In this document: in pieces, positions 8,247 through 17,443 of the stretch
How the letters are laid out: each line of letters begins with the position of its first letter
Position numbering within the stretch: position 1 is the stretch's first letter
Assembly (NCBI GenBank): GCA_031267115.1
Contig: JAIRZS010000345.1
Span: forward strand, 1-35,922
Direction: 5' to 3'
Source: Treponema sp.
GTDB lineage: Bacteria > Spirochaetota > Spirochaetia > Treponematales > Breznakiellaceae
DNA: 35,922 nt
Translations under genes and position numbers: made by a program
The notes under the pieces: generated by a model
What the model saw: the letters and a program-made list of their open reading frames with translations, nothing else
What the model was told of the DNA's origin: nothing
Database searches by the model: none

Positions 8247-9392
8247 ATGGTAAATGAATTCGTTATCACCGCCACCCGGTCCATGCGGAGCTATGCTTCC
8301 CGCGTGGCTGAATACCTCTCCAAATTCCCCAGCTTTTCATCTTTTGCGGATACCATGAACGGGACCGGCATCCTGAGCGTGGACCGCTTTGCCGACGGGG
8401 AAATGGAGGCGGTGGTAAATTCTTCCATCAGGGGCAAGGATGTTGTCCTCTTTACCAGCTGCGCCAGAAACGAGGCGGGAATCGATGTTGAAGAGGCAAA
8501 AATCGAGCTTTACCATACGGTTGACGCCCTCAAACGGTCCCAGGCGGGAAAAATCACCGTGTTTGAGCCTTTTGTTTCCTGCTCCCGTTCCGACCGCACC
8601 GCGAGGCGCAGTTCCGTGGGCCTCTGGGTGCACCTTAAAACCCTGGTAAGCCTCGGGGCCGGGCATATTGTAACTTACCAGCTCCATTCGGATAAGTCCA
8701 AATCCATGCTGGACCCCACCGTCTGCGCCATAGACGATATTCCCGCACTCACCCTGCTAAAACGCTACCTCTGCGATGTTTACATCCGGGACCTGAGCAC
8801 CCTGGAAGGGCGGATCCGCTCGCAATGGGCTTTCTGTTCCGTTGACGCGGGCGGCGAGAAGCTTGCCCGGGATTTCGCCAATTCATTCGGCGCCCCTCTT
8901 GTTGTCGCGCACAAGCAGCGGGACTATTCAAAGGCCAATACCATAGAATCCGTCAACATACTTTCCGCGGATTCCCTGGCGGGCAAGGCGCTTTATATTA
9001 TCGATGACATGGTTGATACGGCAGGTTCCGTGGAGAGCCTGGTGCGCGCCCTGAAGCCCCACAAACCGGCGGAGGTGAACATAATCGTAGTCCACGCCAT
9101 TTTCTCCCCGCCCGCCGCCGAACGGCTTAAACGGCTGGTAGACGAAAAATTACTCAACAGGATTATTGTCACCGATACGGTATACTGCCCCGGATGCGTA
9201 TCCGGAATAAATTCCGCAGGCAAAGGCCTGCCTGTTCCCAACCTGGAAGTAGTTCCGTCCGCCGAACTTTCCGCCAGGGTTATCAGAACCATGACTACCA
9301 ATAAGCCTTTAGGAAAATTGCTCCAGACCTTCGACGCCGCGATATACCTCAAGTCGCCGAATCTCTTCAACCGGGAAGCGCACGACCAGTAG
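8247..9392 (+). CDS. prs: Ribose-phosphate pyrophosphokinase-like protein (long, divergent Prs)
   Basis: RFADGEMEAVV (compare RFSDGE), IRGKDVVLF, PFVSCSRSDR (compare PYxxYARQDR) and the PRPP loop LYIIDDMVDTAGSV. Start set at ATG 8247 (MVNEFVITA), preceded by GGAAGGGG. The tracked 8184 start adds 21 non-conserved residues. Confidence 0.82.
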   Translation: MVNEFVITATRSMRSYASRVAEYLSKFPSFSSFADTMNGTGILSVDRFADGEMEAVVNSSIRGKDVVLFTSCARNEAGIDVEEAKIELYHTVDALKRSQAGKITVFEPFVSCSRSDRTARRSSVGLWVHLKTLVSLGAGHIVTYQLHSDKSKSMLDPTVCAIDDIPALTLLKRYLCDVYIRDLSTLEGRIRSQWAFCSVDAGGEKLARDFANSFGAPLVVAHKQRDYSKANTIESVNILSADSLAGKALYIIDDMVDTAGSVESLVRALKPHKPAEVNIIVVHAIFSPPAAERLKRLVDEKLLNRIIVTDTVYCPGCVSGINSAGKGLPVPNLEVVPSAELSARVIRTMTTNKPLGKLLQTFDAAIYLKSPNLFNREAHDQ

Positions 9393-9478
9393 GCTGATTA
9401 CACCAAACACAAGAGAAATATTGCAGCCTTCTTTCTCCCACTTCTTTGGCTTATCCGGCTTTACGGTAAAATTCCAAA

Positions 9479-9928
9479 TCAGAATTGTTTTTTCGAATCG
9501 AGCAGTACCGTTACCGGCCCGTCGTTCGTGTATTTGACCAGCATACGGGCGCGGAAAACGCCGCCCTCGCAGGAAAGGCCGCGGGCGCGGATGCGCTCCA
9601 TAAACCATTCGTACAGGGGTTTTGCTTCCGAAGGGTCCGCCGCGTTTGAATACGAAGGCCGCCTGCCCTTTCGCGCGTCCGCCAGCAGGGTAAACTGGGA
9701 AACGGCAAGCACCCCGCCCTTGATATCCTGCACGGAAAGGTTCATCCTGCCTTCGCCGTCGTCAAAGATGCGCAGGGCCGCTGTCTTTTCCGCAAGGTAT
9801 TCGGCATCGGAAAAGGTGTCGCCCCTGGCGACCCCCATGTATACCAGGAGGCCGCGGTCGATTTTGCCCGATACGCGCCCCTCCGCTTCTACGGAAGCGT
9901 CACGTACAATTTGCACAACAGCGCGCAT
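9479..9928 (-). CDS. dtd: D-aminoacyl-tRNA deacylase
   Basis: 149 aa with the family signatures [23 protein letters not shown] and NDGPVTVLL. Confidence 0.95.
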   Translation of the reverse strand: MRAVVQIVRDASVEAEGRVSGKIDRGLLVYMGVARGDTFSDAEYLAEKTAALRIFDDGEGRMNLSVQDIKGGVLAVSQFTLLADARKGRRPSYSNAADPSEAKPLYEWFMERIRARGLSCEGGVFRARMLVKYTNDGPVTVLLDSKKQF

Positions 9929-9946
9929 GGCCCTCGTTCCCCCGCT

Positions 9947-11080
9947 TTACTTTCCGGCGTCATTTATCAGCCCCGGCTGATGCACCGCGATCCCCTGGAG
10001 CTTAAGGCCCATCCCGCCGGGGCCGGATACGGGGACAACTTTGCCCAGAATTTCCAGGGGCTGTTCGGTATTTATATTCACGGCAAAGTCCAGAGTCACC
10101 GCCGCGATTCCCTCAAGGGTCTTGCGGGTATCATAGCCTACCAGCAGGTTAAACGCGGTAGTGTTTTCCCCAAGCTCAAGGTTTGCCGCCATCCCGCTCC
10201 AGATAACATAGCAGTCCCGGTACAGGGAAGGGTCGGCCAGTACGTCGGTATATTTAAAACGATCCTGGAGCGTATCAAAACCCGGTTCCCCGGTATAGGA
10301 AAAAAGCAGCCGCGCCTTGTTTTTAACCGCCTCCGAGGCGTTCGATTCGATTATCCTGTTAAGATTTACCTTGGCCATCTCGTCCCTGTATTGCGAAAAC
10401 AGTTTTTGCGCCTCGGCATAAGTTCCCAAAACCTCGTTCCGGGTAAGCACATAACGGTAAGTGCCGTCAACCTGTACCGGCTCGTCCCGCTCCTCCCTGT
10501 CAAGCATGGTAAGATAGAGGCCCTGGCGGCTGCCGGAAGAATCTTTAAAAGGGTTAAGGATATTCAGCCGGTAAAGCAGGAAGACAGCCCCCGCCGCCAG
10601 GATAAAGAGGAGCGGGATAAAAATTGTTTTTTTGGAAAAAGGCGGTTTTGGGACCGGGGGGTAAAGTACGGAAAGTTTTCCTGTTTCGGCCCAGGAATCG
10701 CTGTTCTCCTCGGCCCCGTATTTGCGGATCATCTTCAGGGCTTTTTTCGCGATTCTGTTTTTCGGGTCCGTTTCCTGGACTTCAAGGTAGAGATCGACCG
10801 CCCGATCGGTGCTGCCCCGGCGCATAAACAGTACCGCCAGGCCCAATAAAACCGGAACGTCTTTTTTCTTTATATCATGGGCGCGTTTGAAAAAATCCAA
10901 AGCCCCGCCAAAATCATTTACCTTTAAACAGGCAATACCTAAAATGTAATAGTACTTAAAAGAATCCCTGAAACGGAAAATTTCACTTTCCAGCGTTCGT
11001 ATTACATCGCCGTATTTTCGGCGGCGGAGCAGGCGTATCGCCTTGGTCAGGACAGGATCAAGCTTCATAGCTTTTCTCAC
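9947..11080 (-). CDS. TPR-repeat membrane protein (cytoplasmic TPR, one TM helix, extracytoplasmic C-terminal domain); function unknown
   Basis: TPR-like helices YYYILGIACLKVNDFGGALDFFKRAHDI and VPVLLGLAVLFMRRGSTDRAVDLYLEV. Hydrophobic segment IFIPLLFILAAGAVFLLY. GTG 11080 overlaps the upstream stop (GTGA); ATG 11068 is the alternative start. Confidence 0.72.
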   Translation of the reverse strand: MRKAMKLDPVLTKAIRLLRRRKYGDVIRTLESEIFRFRDSFKYYYILGIACLKVNDFGGALDFFKRAHDIKKKDVPVLLGLAVLFMRRGSTDRAVDLYLEVQETDPKNRIAKKALKMIRKYGAEENSDSWAETGKLSVLYPPVPKPPFSKKTIFIPLLFILAAGAVFLLYRLNILNPFKDSSGSRQGLYLTMLDREERDEPVQVDGTYRYVLTRNEVLGTYAEAQKLFSQYRDEMAKVNLNRIIESNASEAVKNKARLLFSYTGEPGFDTLQDRFKYTDVLADPSLYRDCYVIWSGMAANLELGENTTAFNLLVGYDTRKTLEGIAAVTLDFAVNINTEQPLEILGKVVPVSGPGGMGLKLQGIAVHQPGLINDAGK

Positions 11081-12234
11081 CGGTACCGGTCTTTTATTCT
11101 GTTAAGTATAAGTTCAATGTTTATAATTTCTTCGTCGCTCAGGCTGTTCCGCCCGGCCATATAATCGTCCAGTCTGGCAAGCATATCGCGAAGCATAACC
11201 AGATCGCTTCTCATCGTTTCTTCTTCCGAAGCCGGGCGGGAAGGAGCGCCGGTTCTCGGCGGAACCTGTTCTTGTTCCGGACCGCCGGGGGAAGACGCGG
11301 CAAGGGCAGGGGCGACGCCGGATTTAAAGGCTACCTGGCCAAACCCGCCTTCATCCGCCGCCGCCAGAAGCACGGTATAGTCTCTCGATTCCCCCGCGGG
11401 CAGGCGCCGGGGGTTAAAGACATACGAGACCGCCGAATCGTTTATGGAATAGGGCGGGTTAGTGAAATTTCTGCGGTTATACAGGAGTTCCCAGGAGGAA
11501 TCGCTGAGGCGTTTCCAGTTGGCAAAATGCACATAATCCGCAGCGGTGCTGTAACCGGTATTGATACTGCCCATAAGGCCGTAAGAGCTGTTACGGGAAA
11601 ACCACCATTTATCCGGCCATTTCGAGTCGAACAGCGCTTCCGAGCCGATACTCCGTTCATTGGTGGTAAAATGATCGACATTGGTATTGGCGTTTTCCCC
11701 CAGGCTGGTGTCAATTATAAGACGGATGCCTACATTGCTGGCCCGGCTTCCCTTGTTTTCGATGCGTATGTTTAAACGGACCCCGCTTGTTTCAGGCTGC
11801 CCGTTAACGGAAAGAAATGTAAATTCTTCTGTTACGGTCATCCCCGCGGATTCGAATATAAACGCGGGATTTGTCCGGGTCCCGCCGATCCGCGTGGTAA
11901 AAGAAGGGGCTTCCCCCAGTTTGTAAATGCGCTCGTTTATCCTTATCGACAGGGAAGATGTCCTGTTATCCTGTTCGGAAAAGAGCGGCTCAAAGCGCCT
12001 CGAATCTTTGTCTGTAAGGTAATAAAGGACAAAGCGGCCGGTTTTTTCGTCAAGGGCCAGCCTAATCCTCCCGTCGGTATAATCGGCGGCAAAGGATTTT
12101 ACAGGGATAAATAGAACCGGCAAAATAAAAATAAACCAGGCGGCCTTTCTTAACCAGGAAGTCTTTCCCGGCCAAAGGGCTTTTTTTAACCGGGGGGTTC
12201 TTTTTAACTGGAAGGTTCTTTTTAAATCGAGCAT
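11077..12234 (-). CDS. Secreted or periplasmic protein of unknown function (signal peptide, beta-rich core, Pro-rich linker, C-terminal helix)
   Basis: The N-terminal segment AAWFIFILPVLFIPVKSFAADY looks like a signal peptide. Coding-like composition with no recognisable catalytic motif. Tightly packed between two TPR genes (4-nt gap upstream, 4-nt overlap downstream). Confidence 0.68.
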   Translation of the reverse strand: MLDLKRTFQLKRTPRLKKALWPGKTSWLRKAAWFIFILPVLFIPVKSFAADYTDGRIRLALDEKTGRFVLYYLTDKDSRRFEPLFSEQDNRTSSLSIRINERIYKLGEAPSFTTRIGGTRTNPAFIFESAGMTVTEEFTFLSVNGQPETSGVRLNIRIENKGSRASNVGIRLIIDTSLGENANTNVDHFTTNERSIGSEALFDSKWPDKWWFSRNSSYGLMGSINTGYSTAADYVHFANWKRLSDSSWELLYNRRNFTNPPYSINDSAVSYVFNPRRLPAGESRDYTVLLAAADEGGFGQVAFKSGVAPALAASSPGGPEQEQVPPRTGAPSRPASEEETMRSDLVMLRDMLARLDDYMAGRNSLSDEEIINIELILNRIKDRYR

Positions 12235-12238
12235 CTTT

Positions 12239-13363
12239 TTACCTGTTGTTTAAAGCTTGTGTAAGCTGGTCTATCAAGTCAACGGAAGACTGTCTGATGT
12301 TCTCTATACGTTCCGCCTGGCTGGACGCCGGCGGGGGGCCGGCGGGCGCTGCCGGGGGGGAAGGCGGCACCGGCGCCGGCGGCGGCGGGGCCGGGGGAGT
12401 CCCGGCATTCCGCGCGGTATTATCGACATAGCTCCCGGTATTCTCCCGGTAAGAACCGAGATCCGCCGGGGAAGAAGGGCTTGTATTTGTATACCGGCTG
12501 GCGCTGCGGGCCATGCCCGCTTCCTCAAGCCGCCTTTCCAAGGCGGTAATCCGCGCCTGGGCTTCGGCCAGGCGCTGCCGGTAATCGGCATTGGAAGCCT
12601 CCAGTTCGGCAAGGTACGAATCCCGGAGCATTTCCGCGATTTTCTTTTGATAGGCGATAATGGCCTGATCGTAAGTCCGTTCCCTCCTCTGGTATTCTTC
12701 CTCGGTTTTAAGGGATTCTTCGTGGGTCCACTTTAGGATCGAAAGCAATTCCACCTCGATTTTTTTCTGGTTAATCAGCGCGAGGCGGTAAGAAGACGCT
12801 TCGTATTTGACGCTTTGGGGGTACTGCTCCACAATAAGGGAGAAAATATCCTGGGCCTTATCAAGCTGTCCGAGGGAGTACAGGCATTCGCCCATCCAGT
12901 AAAAGGCCGCAGGTTTCCGGGCAGATTCTCCGGGTACGTCAACGGCTATACTGTCTATATACCTTCTGAACAGGGAAATCGCTTCATCGAAACGGCCCAT
13001 ATAATAGTAAACCCGGCCGCGGTGGTACGGAAGCTCGGCATATTTGATATTTGCCGGGGAGACCCGCTCAAGCTCGTCCATTGCCCTGATGGAATTATCG
13101 TAGTTGGCCGACGCGAGTTCGGTTATGGCTATCCAGTACAGGGCGTCCGCCTTTATTACCGGATCGTTTGTCTCCGAATAAGCCTGGCGGAGTTCCGCCG
13201 CAGCTTCCGGCCAGAACCCCCTGCCGTAAAGGCTTACCCCGTATTGGAGCCTTGCCTGGGGTGAAAGCCTGGTTTGGCCGTCCCGGGCCTGGGAAACCGC
13301 GTTGCCCGCGGGCAGAATAGCTAAAAAAACGCACAGAATGCCAATACAGGGCTTACCTTTCAT
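12239..13363 (-). CDS. Exported TPR-repeat protein with coiled-coil and proline-rich tail (YbgF/BamD-like architecture); function unknown
   Basis: Signal peptide MKGKPCIGILCVFLAILPAGNAVSQ. TPR-like helices ALYWIAITELASANYDNSIRAMDEL and AAFYWMGECLYSLGQLDKAQDIFSLIVEQYP. Coiled-coil AELEASNADYRQRLAEAQARITALERRLEE. PPAPPPPAPVPPSPPAAPAGPPP tract. Start set at ATG 13363, preceded by GGAAGGGG; the tracked 13438 start adds 25 unlikely residues. Confidence 0.75.
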   Translation of the reverse strand: MKGKPCIGILCVFLAILPAGNAVSQARDGQTRLSPQARLQYGVSLYGRGFWPEAAAELRQAYSETNDPVIKADALYWIAITELASANYDNSIRAMDELERVSPANIKYAELPYHRGRVYYYMGRFDEAISLFRRYIDSIAVDVPGESARKPAAFYWMGECLYSLGQLDKAQDIFSLIVEQYPQSVKYEASSYRLALINQKKIEVELLSILKWTHEESLKTEEEYQRRERTYDQAIIAYQKKIAEMLRDSYLAELEASNADYRQRLAEAQARITALERRLEEAGMARSASRYTNTSPSSPADLGSYRENTGSYVDNTARNAGTPPAPPPPAPVPPSPPAAPAGPPPASSQAERIENIRQSSVDLIDQLTQALNNR

Positions 13364-13474
13364 CCGCAATATCCCCTTCCTATTCTCATTATGGAAAATT
13401 TCGGCAAAAAAGGGGTGTTTTATTAGGGCATAAGACACAGACCATACGCAGATAATACCCCTGTTTCCACCCCC

Positions 13475-13502
13475 TTGTATAGAACTTGAAAAATGGTATA
13501 AT
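13475..13502 (+). promoter_or_regulatory. Sigma70-type promoter with extended -10
   Basis: TTGTAT (13475-13480), 16-nt spacer, TGgTATAAT (13494-13502). Lies 46 nt upstream of ATG 13548. Confidence 0.55.
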
Positions 13503-13547
13503 ACAAAAGATAAATTTATAACCGGAATATTAAGAGCTGGTCAAGCC

Positions 13548-14546
13548 ATGGATGCGGATACATTGGTCAAGGGGGATACCCAGGGTAATGGGGAAGGATG
13601 CTATGCCGGTATGTTGAATCCTGGGCTATCGGAACTTCTTCAAAAAGCCTATGACAGCCTGAAAGCCCGGGACGCGGCGTCCGCGCAGGCCGTCCTGGAA
13701 GACGCCCTGCGAATTGATTTTGACGATCCCGAGGTGGTTTACGCGCTAAAATGCGTAAAATGGTGGCTTGAGCGAATAAAAAAACTCGACGACTTTCAGG
13801 ATGCTTACGACAAGGGAGGGTTCATCCTGGGCCAATGGAAGTCTTTTTATTCTTTTCTGGACCGTATTGGGAGCGCCGCGTTCGAGCCTTGCCTGTACGC
13901 GATACGGCGTTTTGTCTTTTCAAGCGCCCTTGAGTACTTCCAGGATGTCCTGGGCGAAGGGGAAAACCAGCATGAGCCGATACTGTTACTACAGGTAGGC
14001 CAATGCTACAAGGGGGTTGGAAATTACGATGTGGCCCTGCGGTATTTGCAGCAGGCGGTCCGTTTCCGGCGCGAAGACGGAGAAACCCTTGCGGAACTGG
14101 CCGATGTCAGCGCGCTGCTGGACGAGACCCGCGGCGCAAAGGCCCTGTTCCGGGAAGCATTTTTTATGGATCCCCAGGGGGTGGATCTGCGGAATCTTGA
14201 ATCGGAGATGATTGTCCGGCTGAGGGATCGGGTCGCGTCCCTGGGGTTTTCCGGGCCGGAATTGCCGGAATGGATACCCATTTACGGCGCGATTTTCGGG
14301 GTATTTACGGTAAAGCGGGCGCTAAAGCCGGTAGAATTGGGACGGATACGGCAGTCCGTCTTTTCGCTGGAAAACGAGATCCGCGGGGGGCCTGAAAACG
14401 CGGAGCTTCTCAGACCCCGCCTGATAAACCGTTATCTCTGGCTGATCGATCACTATGAAAATGTTCGGGAGGATCCCGCTCTCATTGAGGAAACAATGCT
14501 GAAAATAAAAATTATCGATCCGGTAATATTTGAACGGATCCGTTAG
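13548..14546 (+). CDS. Hypothetical all-helical (TPR-like) cytoplasmic protein
   Basis: 332-aa ORF with ordinary coding composition and no signal peptide. One clear TPR-like unit: ILLLQVGQCYKGVGNYDVALRYLQQAVRFRRED. No family recognised by eye. A weak SD leaves the start tentative. Confidence 0.65.
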   Translation: MDADTLVKGDTQGNGEGCYAGMLNPGLSELLQKAYDSLKARDAASAQAVLEDALRIDFDDPEVVYALKCVKWWLERIKKLDDFQDAYDKGGFILGQWKSFYSFLDRIGSAAFEPCLYAIRRFVFSSALEYFQDVLGEGENQHEPILLLQVGQCYKGVGNYDVALRYLQQAVRFRREDGETLAELADVSALLDETRGAKALFREAFFMDPQGVDLRNLESEMIVRLRDRVASLGFSGPELPEWIPIYGAIFGVFTVKRALKPVELGRIRQSVFSLENEIRGGPENAELLRPRLINRYLWLIDHYENVREDPALIEETMLKIKIIDPVIFERIR

Positions 14547-14628
14547 GGAAGAACTCTAACAGCAAAGGAAGCCGGCTTTCTGCGGTTTCTCAATAATACA
14601 TTTGGCCGCGAGGGCCAGGAGTTAGGTA

Positions 14629-17343
14629 ATGGCTGAAGTCGAAACGATAAACGGAACAGCGCTTCTCAAGAGCGTGCAGGAAATGCTGAACGAAGAAAAG
14701 TGGACCCGGGCTGCACTGAGCAATTATTCCGCAAATCAGTTTAAAGATCTGGATTTGATTCTCAAGGAAGGGCAGGAAGAACATTCCTTTGACAATCTAA
14801 AGAAGATATGCGATGAGCATCTGGGGCATACAAAAAACAGTATTATTGCGCTCTATATTTCCGGGATGATCGCCCTGTCAAGGCAGATCATCGACGATGC
14901 CGCGCTGGTAAATCTGGTTACGATTTTTGTGGATAACCACAAGTGGAATATTGTAAAGTACCTGTGCGAACGGATACTGGATTACGGGGAATCGAAATTC
15001 GCCCTCCGGACCCTGGCGGAATGTTATAAGAACGACAATGAAGAAGACGCTGTTTTCGGTATCTGGGAACGGCTGGTCAAGGTAGACTACGAGGAAGCGG
15101 ATATTGCCAAGGCCTTGGCGGAACATTTTGAAAAGCTCAGCAATATCGAAGAAGCAGTGGATTGCTATAAGAAAGCCCTTCACCGCTATATCAACAAACA
15201 GCTTTTTACCAATGTACGGGAAATATGGGCAAAGCTTTTAGAGTACTGCCCCGAAGATATTGACTTTTTCCTCCATGTACAAAAAAAGATCGCCAAAAAT
15301 ATCAGCGAGGACAAGGCGGTGCTTCTATTGCAGGATGTATACGCTTCCTGCAAAAAACGCGGCGACATTAATACCGCCATTAATATTCTGAAGCTCATAC
15401 TCCAGTATGACGAAAGGGATTCCCTTGCCCGGCGCGAAATCACCGAATGTTTCAGGGAGAAGTACGCCGAACACAGCCAGCTCGATGAATATATCCGCAT
15501 ATCAAACCTCGGACAGAACTACCGGAATGTCCACGAGGCGATTCTGGATTTTGAAAAGCACATCGCCTTTGACAAGGGGAACTTTGTGTTCCACCGTACC
15601 TGGGGAGTCGGCCGTATCGCCAGAATCGAGGGGGACGAAATTGTCATCGATTTTGCGAAAAAAAGAGGCCATTCCATGTCGCTTAAAATGGCGGTAAATG
15701 CCCTGCAAACCCTGTCGAAAAACCATATCTGGGTACTCAAGGCCACCTGGAAAAAGGAAAAACTCCACGAACGGGTTAAAAACGAGCCGGGATGGGCGCT
15801 TAAAACGGTTATCAAGAGCTTCGGGAATTCCTGCGATATCAAGCGTATAAAGGCGGAACTTGTCCCTTCGGTGCTTTCCGCAGGCGAGTGGACTACCTGG
15901 AGTACCAGGGCCCGGGACGTGCTCAAGTCGGACCCTTCCCTGGGAGTTGTTCCGGAAAACATCGATCTGTATACGGTGCGGGACAGGCCAATCAGTATCG
16001 GGGAAAAGCTCTATAACGAATTTAAGGCGGAACGTAATTTCTTTGACCGGGTACAGACCGTGCGGGCTTTTCTTTCCCAGAAGGATCTGGAACCGGATTC
16101 GGAATATTTCGCGGAAATGTTCGCCTACTTTTCGGGGTATCTGCGGTCTTTAAACCAGGTGACCGAGCAGGTAGTAGCTTCTTATCTTCTGGTAAAGGAT
16201 CTTGCCGGCCGCTATCCCCATCTGGCTTCGGGCTTGCAGATGAATTTCCGGCAGATATTTGACAATATTGAAGATGTTTCACAGGTATTCCTTTCCATAA
16301 AGGACAACAAGCTGCGGGAAGAATTCCTGCACCATATCAAACTCTTTGTCCCCTCCTGGCCCGACATTTACGTAAAGCTCTTTCCCTATGCCCTGAATAA
16401 TTCCATCATTGTGCAGCTTGAAAAAGAAGGGCACGAAGATGAAATTGTCGCCATGGCGCAGAATTGTTTTGACAATTACCGGGAATATCAGTACCGCGAA
16501 GCGGTAGTGTGGATCTACAAGAATCTTAGCAAGGAAACCTGGTTTGCAAAGACCGGCGTTTCCTTTGAAAAGCAGCTTATTACCCTGATCCACATTCTGG
16601 ATATAAGCTACCGGGAAATTGAAAACCACCGCGAAACATCCGACAACCGGAAGATCAACAAACAGATTTACACGATTCTGTTTAAAGACAGGGTGCTGTA
16701 TTCATTTATCGATACCGCGGATTACGATACTATCCTCCGCATATTCACCTTTATTGAGGATGTCAAAGATCTTGATCCCGCGGATAAGATGAAGCTCCGC
16801 AGCCATATCATGGACAAGCATCCGGATTTTAAGTTCTTCAGGGATACGGAGAAAACTGTCGTTACCCGGGGGCTTATTGTTACCGCGCTGAAGTACGAGG
16901 AAAAGCAGCGCCAATTAGCGCGCATTATGGAAGAAGAAGTACCCGCCAATTCCAAGGAAATTGCCTTTGCCCTTTCCCTGGGAGATCTCCGCGAAAACGC
17001 CGAATATAAAGCCGCCAAGGAAAAACAGGAAATTCTCAATTCCACGGTGGCAAAGCTCAAGGACGAGATAGAACGGGCGCAGATATTCGATCCCGCTACG
17101 GTGAATACCGGCAGGGTTTCTTTCGGAACCATAGTGGCGCTTTTCAATAATTCCTCCAATAAAACGGAAGAATTTACCATCCTCGGCCCATGGGAATCCG
17201 ATCCTGATAACAGGGTCATTTCTTACCTTTCGCCTTTTGGCGGGGCGATTCTGAATAAGAAAGTCGGTGAAGATTTTGATTTTTCTATAGACAATGAAAA
17301 GATAGCCTATACGGTACAAGGTATTTCCAGGTTTGGTTTTTAG
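14629..17343 (+). CDS. greA: Transcription elongation factor GreA with ~750-aa N-terminal extension
   Basis: The C-terminal 160 aa form a typical GreA module: coiled-coil finger GDLRENAEYKAAKEKQE, and globular domain VSFGTIV...ISYLSPFGGAILNKKVGEDF. SD AGGAG lies 7 nt upstream of the ATG. The extension contains a CarD/TRCF-RID-like stretch, FDKGNFVFHRTWGVGRIARIEGDEIVIDF (about 15568-15740). Confidence 0.9.
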   Translation: MAEVETINGTALLKSVQEMLNEEKWTRAALSNYSANQFKDLDLILKEGQEEHSFDNLKKICDEHLGHTKNSIIALYISGMIALSRQIIDDAALVNLVTIFVDNHKWNIVKYLCERILDYGESKFALRTLAECYKNDNEEDAVFGIWERLVKVDYEEADIAKALAEHFEKLSNIEEAVDCYKKALHRYINKQLFTNVREIWAKLLEYCPEDIDFFLHVQKKIAKNISEDKAVLLLQDVYASCKKRGDINTAINILKLILQYDERDSLARREITECFREKYAEHSQLDEYIRISNLGQNYRNVHEAILDFEKHIAFDKGNFVFHRTWGVGRIARIEGDEIVIDFAKKRGHSMSLKMAVNALQTLSKNHIWVLKATWKKEKLHERVKNEPGWALKTVIKSFGNSCDIKRIKAELVPSVLSAGEWTTWSTRARDVLKSDPSLGVVPENIDLYTVRDRPISIGEKLYNEFKAERNFFDRVQTVRAFLSQKDLEPDSEYFAEMFAYFSGYLRSLNQVTEQVVASYLLVKDLAGRYPHLASGLQMNFRQIFDNIEDVSQVFLSIKDNKLREEFLHHIKLFVPSWPDIYVKLFPYALNNSIIVQLEKEGHEDEIVAMAQNCFDNYREYQYREAVVWIYKNLSKETWFAKTGVSFEKQLITLIHILDISYREIENHRETSDNRKINKQIYTILFKDRVLYSFIDTADYDTILRIFTFIEDVKDLDPADKMKLRSHIMDKHPDFKFFRDTEKTVVTRGLIVTALKYEEKQRQLARIMEEEVPANSKEIAFALSLGDLRENAEYKAAKEKQEILNSTVAKLKDEIERAQIFDPATVNTGRVSFGTIVALFNNSSNKTEEFTILGPWESDPDNRVISYLSPFGGAILNKKVGEDFDFSIDNEKIAYTVQGISRFGF

Positions 17344-17443
17344 GAAAGTACCGGTCAGTATCGGTTATACTGTGCGGCCGCAAGGCTTCACGGGGATATG
17401 GTTACCAGGGTTTCCTCTTTATTAAAAGGAGGAACAGGCCATT

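Noticed and set aside
9911-10849. 312-aa plus-strand ORF
   Set aside because: Antisense to the TPR membrane protein gene, which has a consistent TPR/TM architecture and operon context. The same reasoning applies to 1406-2374, 2921-3574, 30863-31630, 33348-33983 and 34120-34830.
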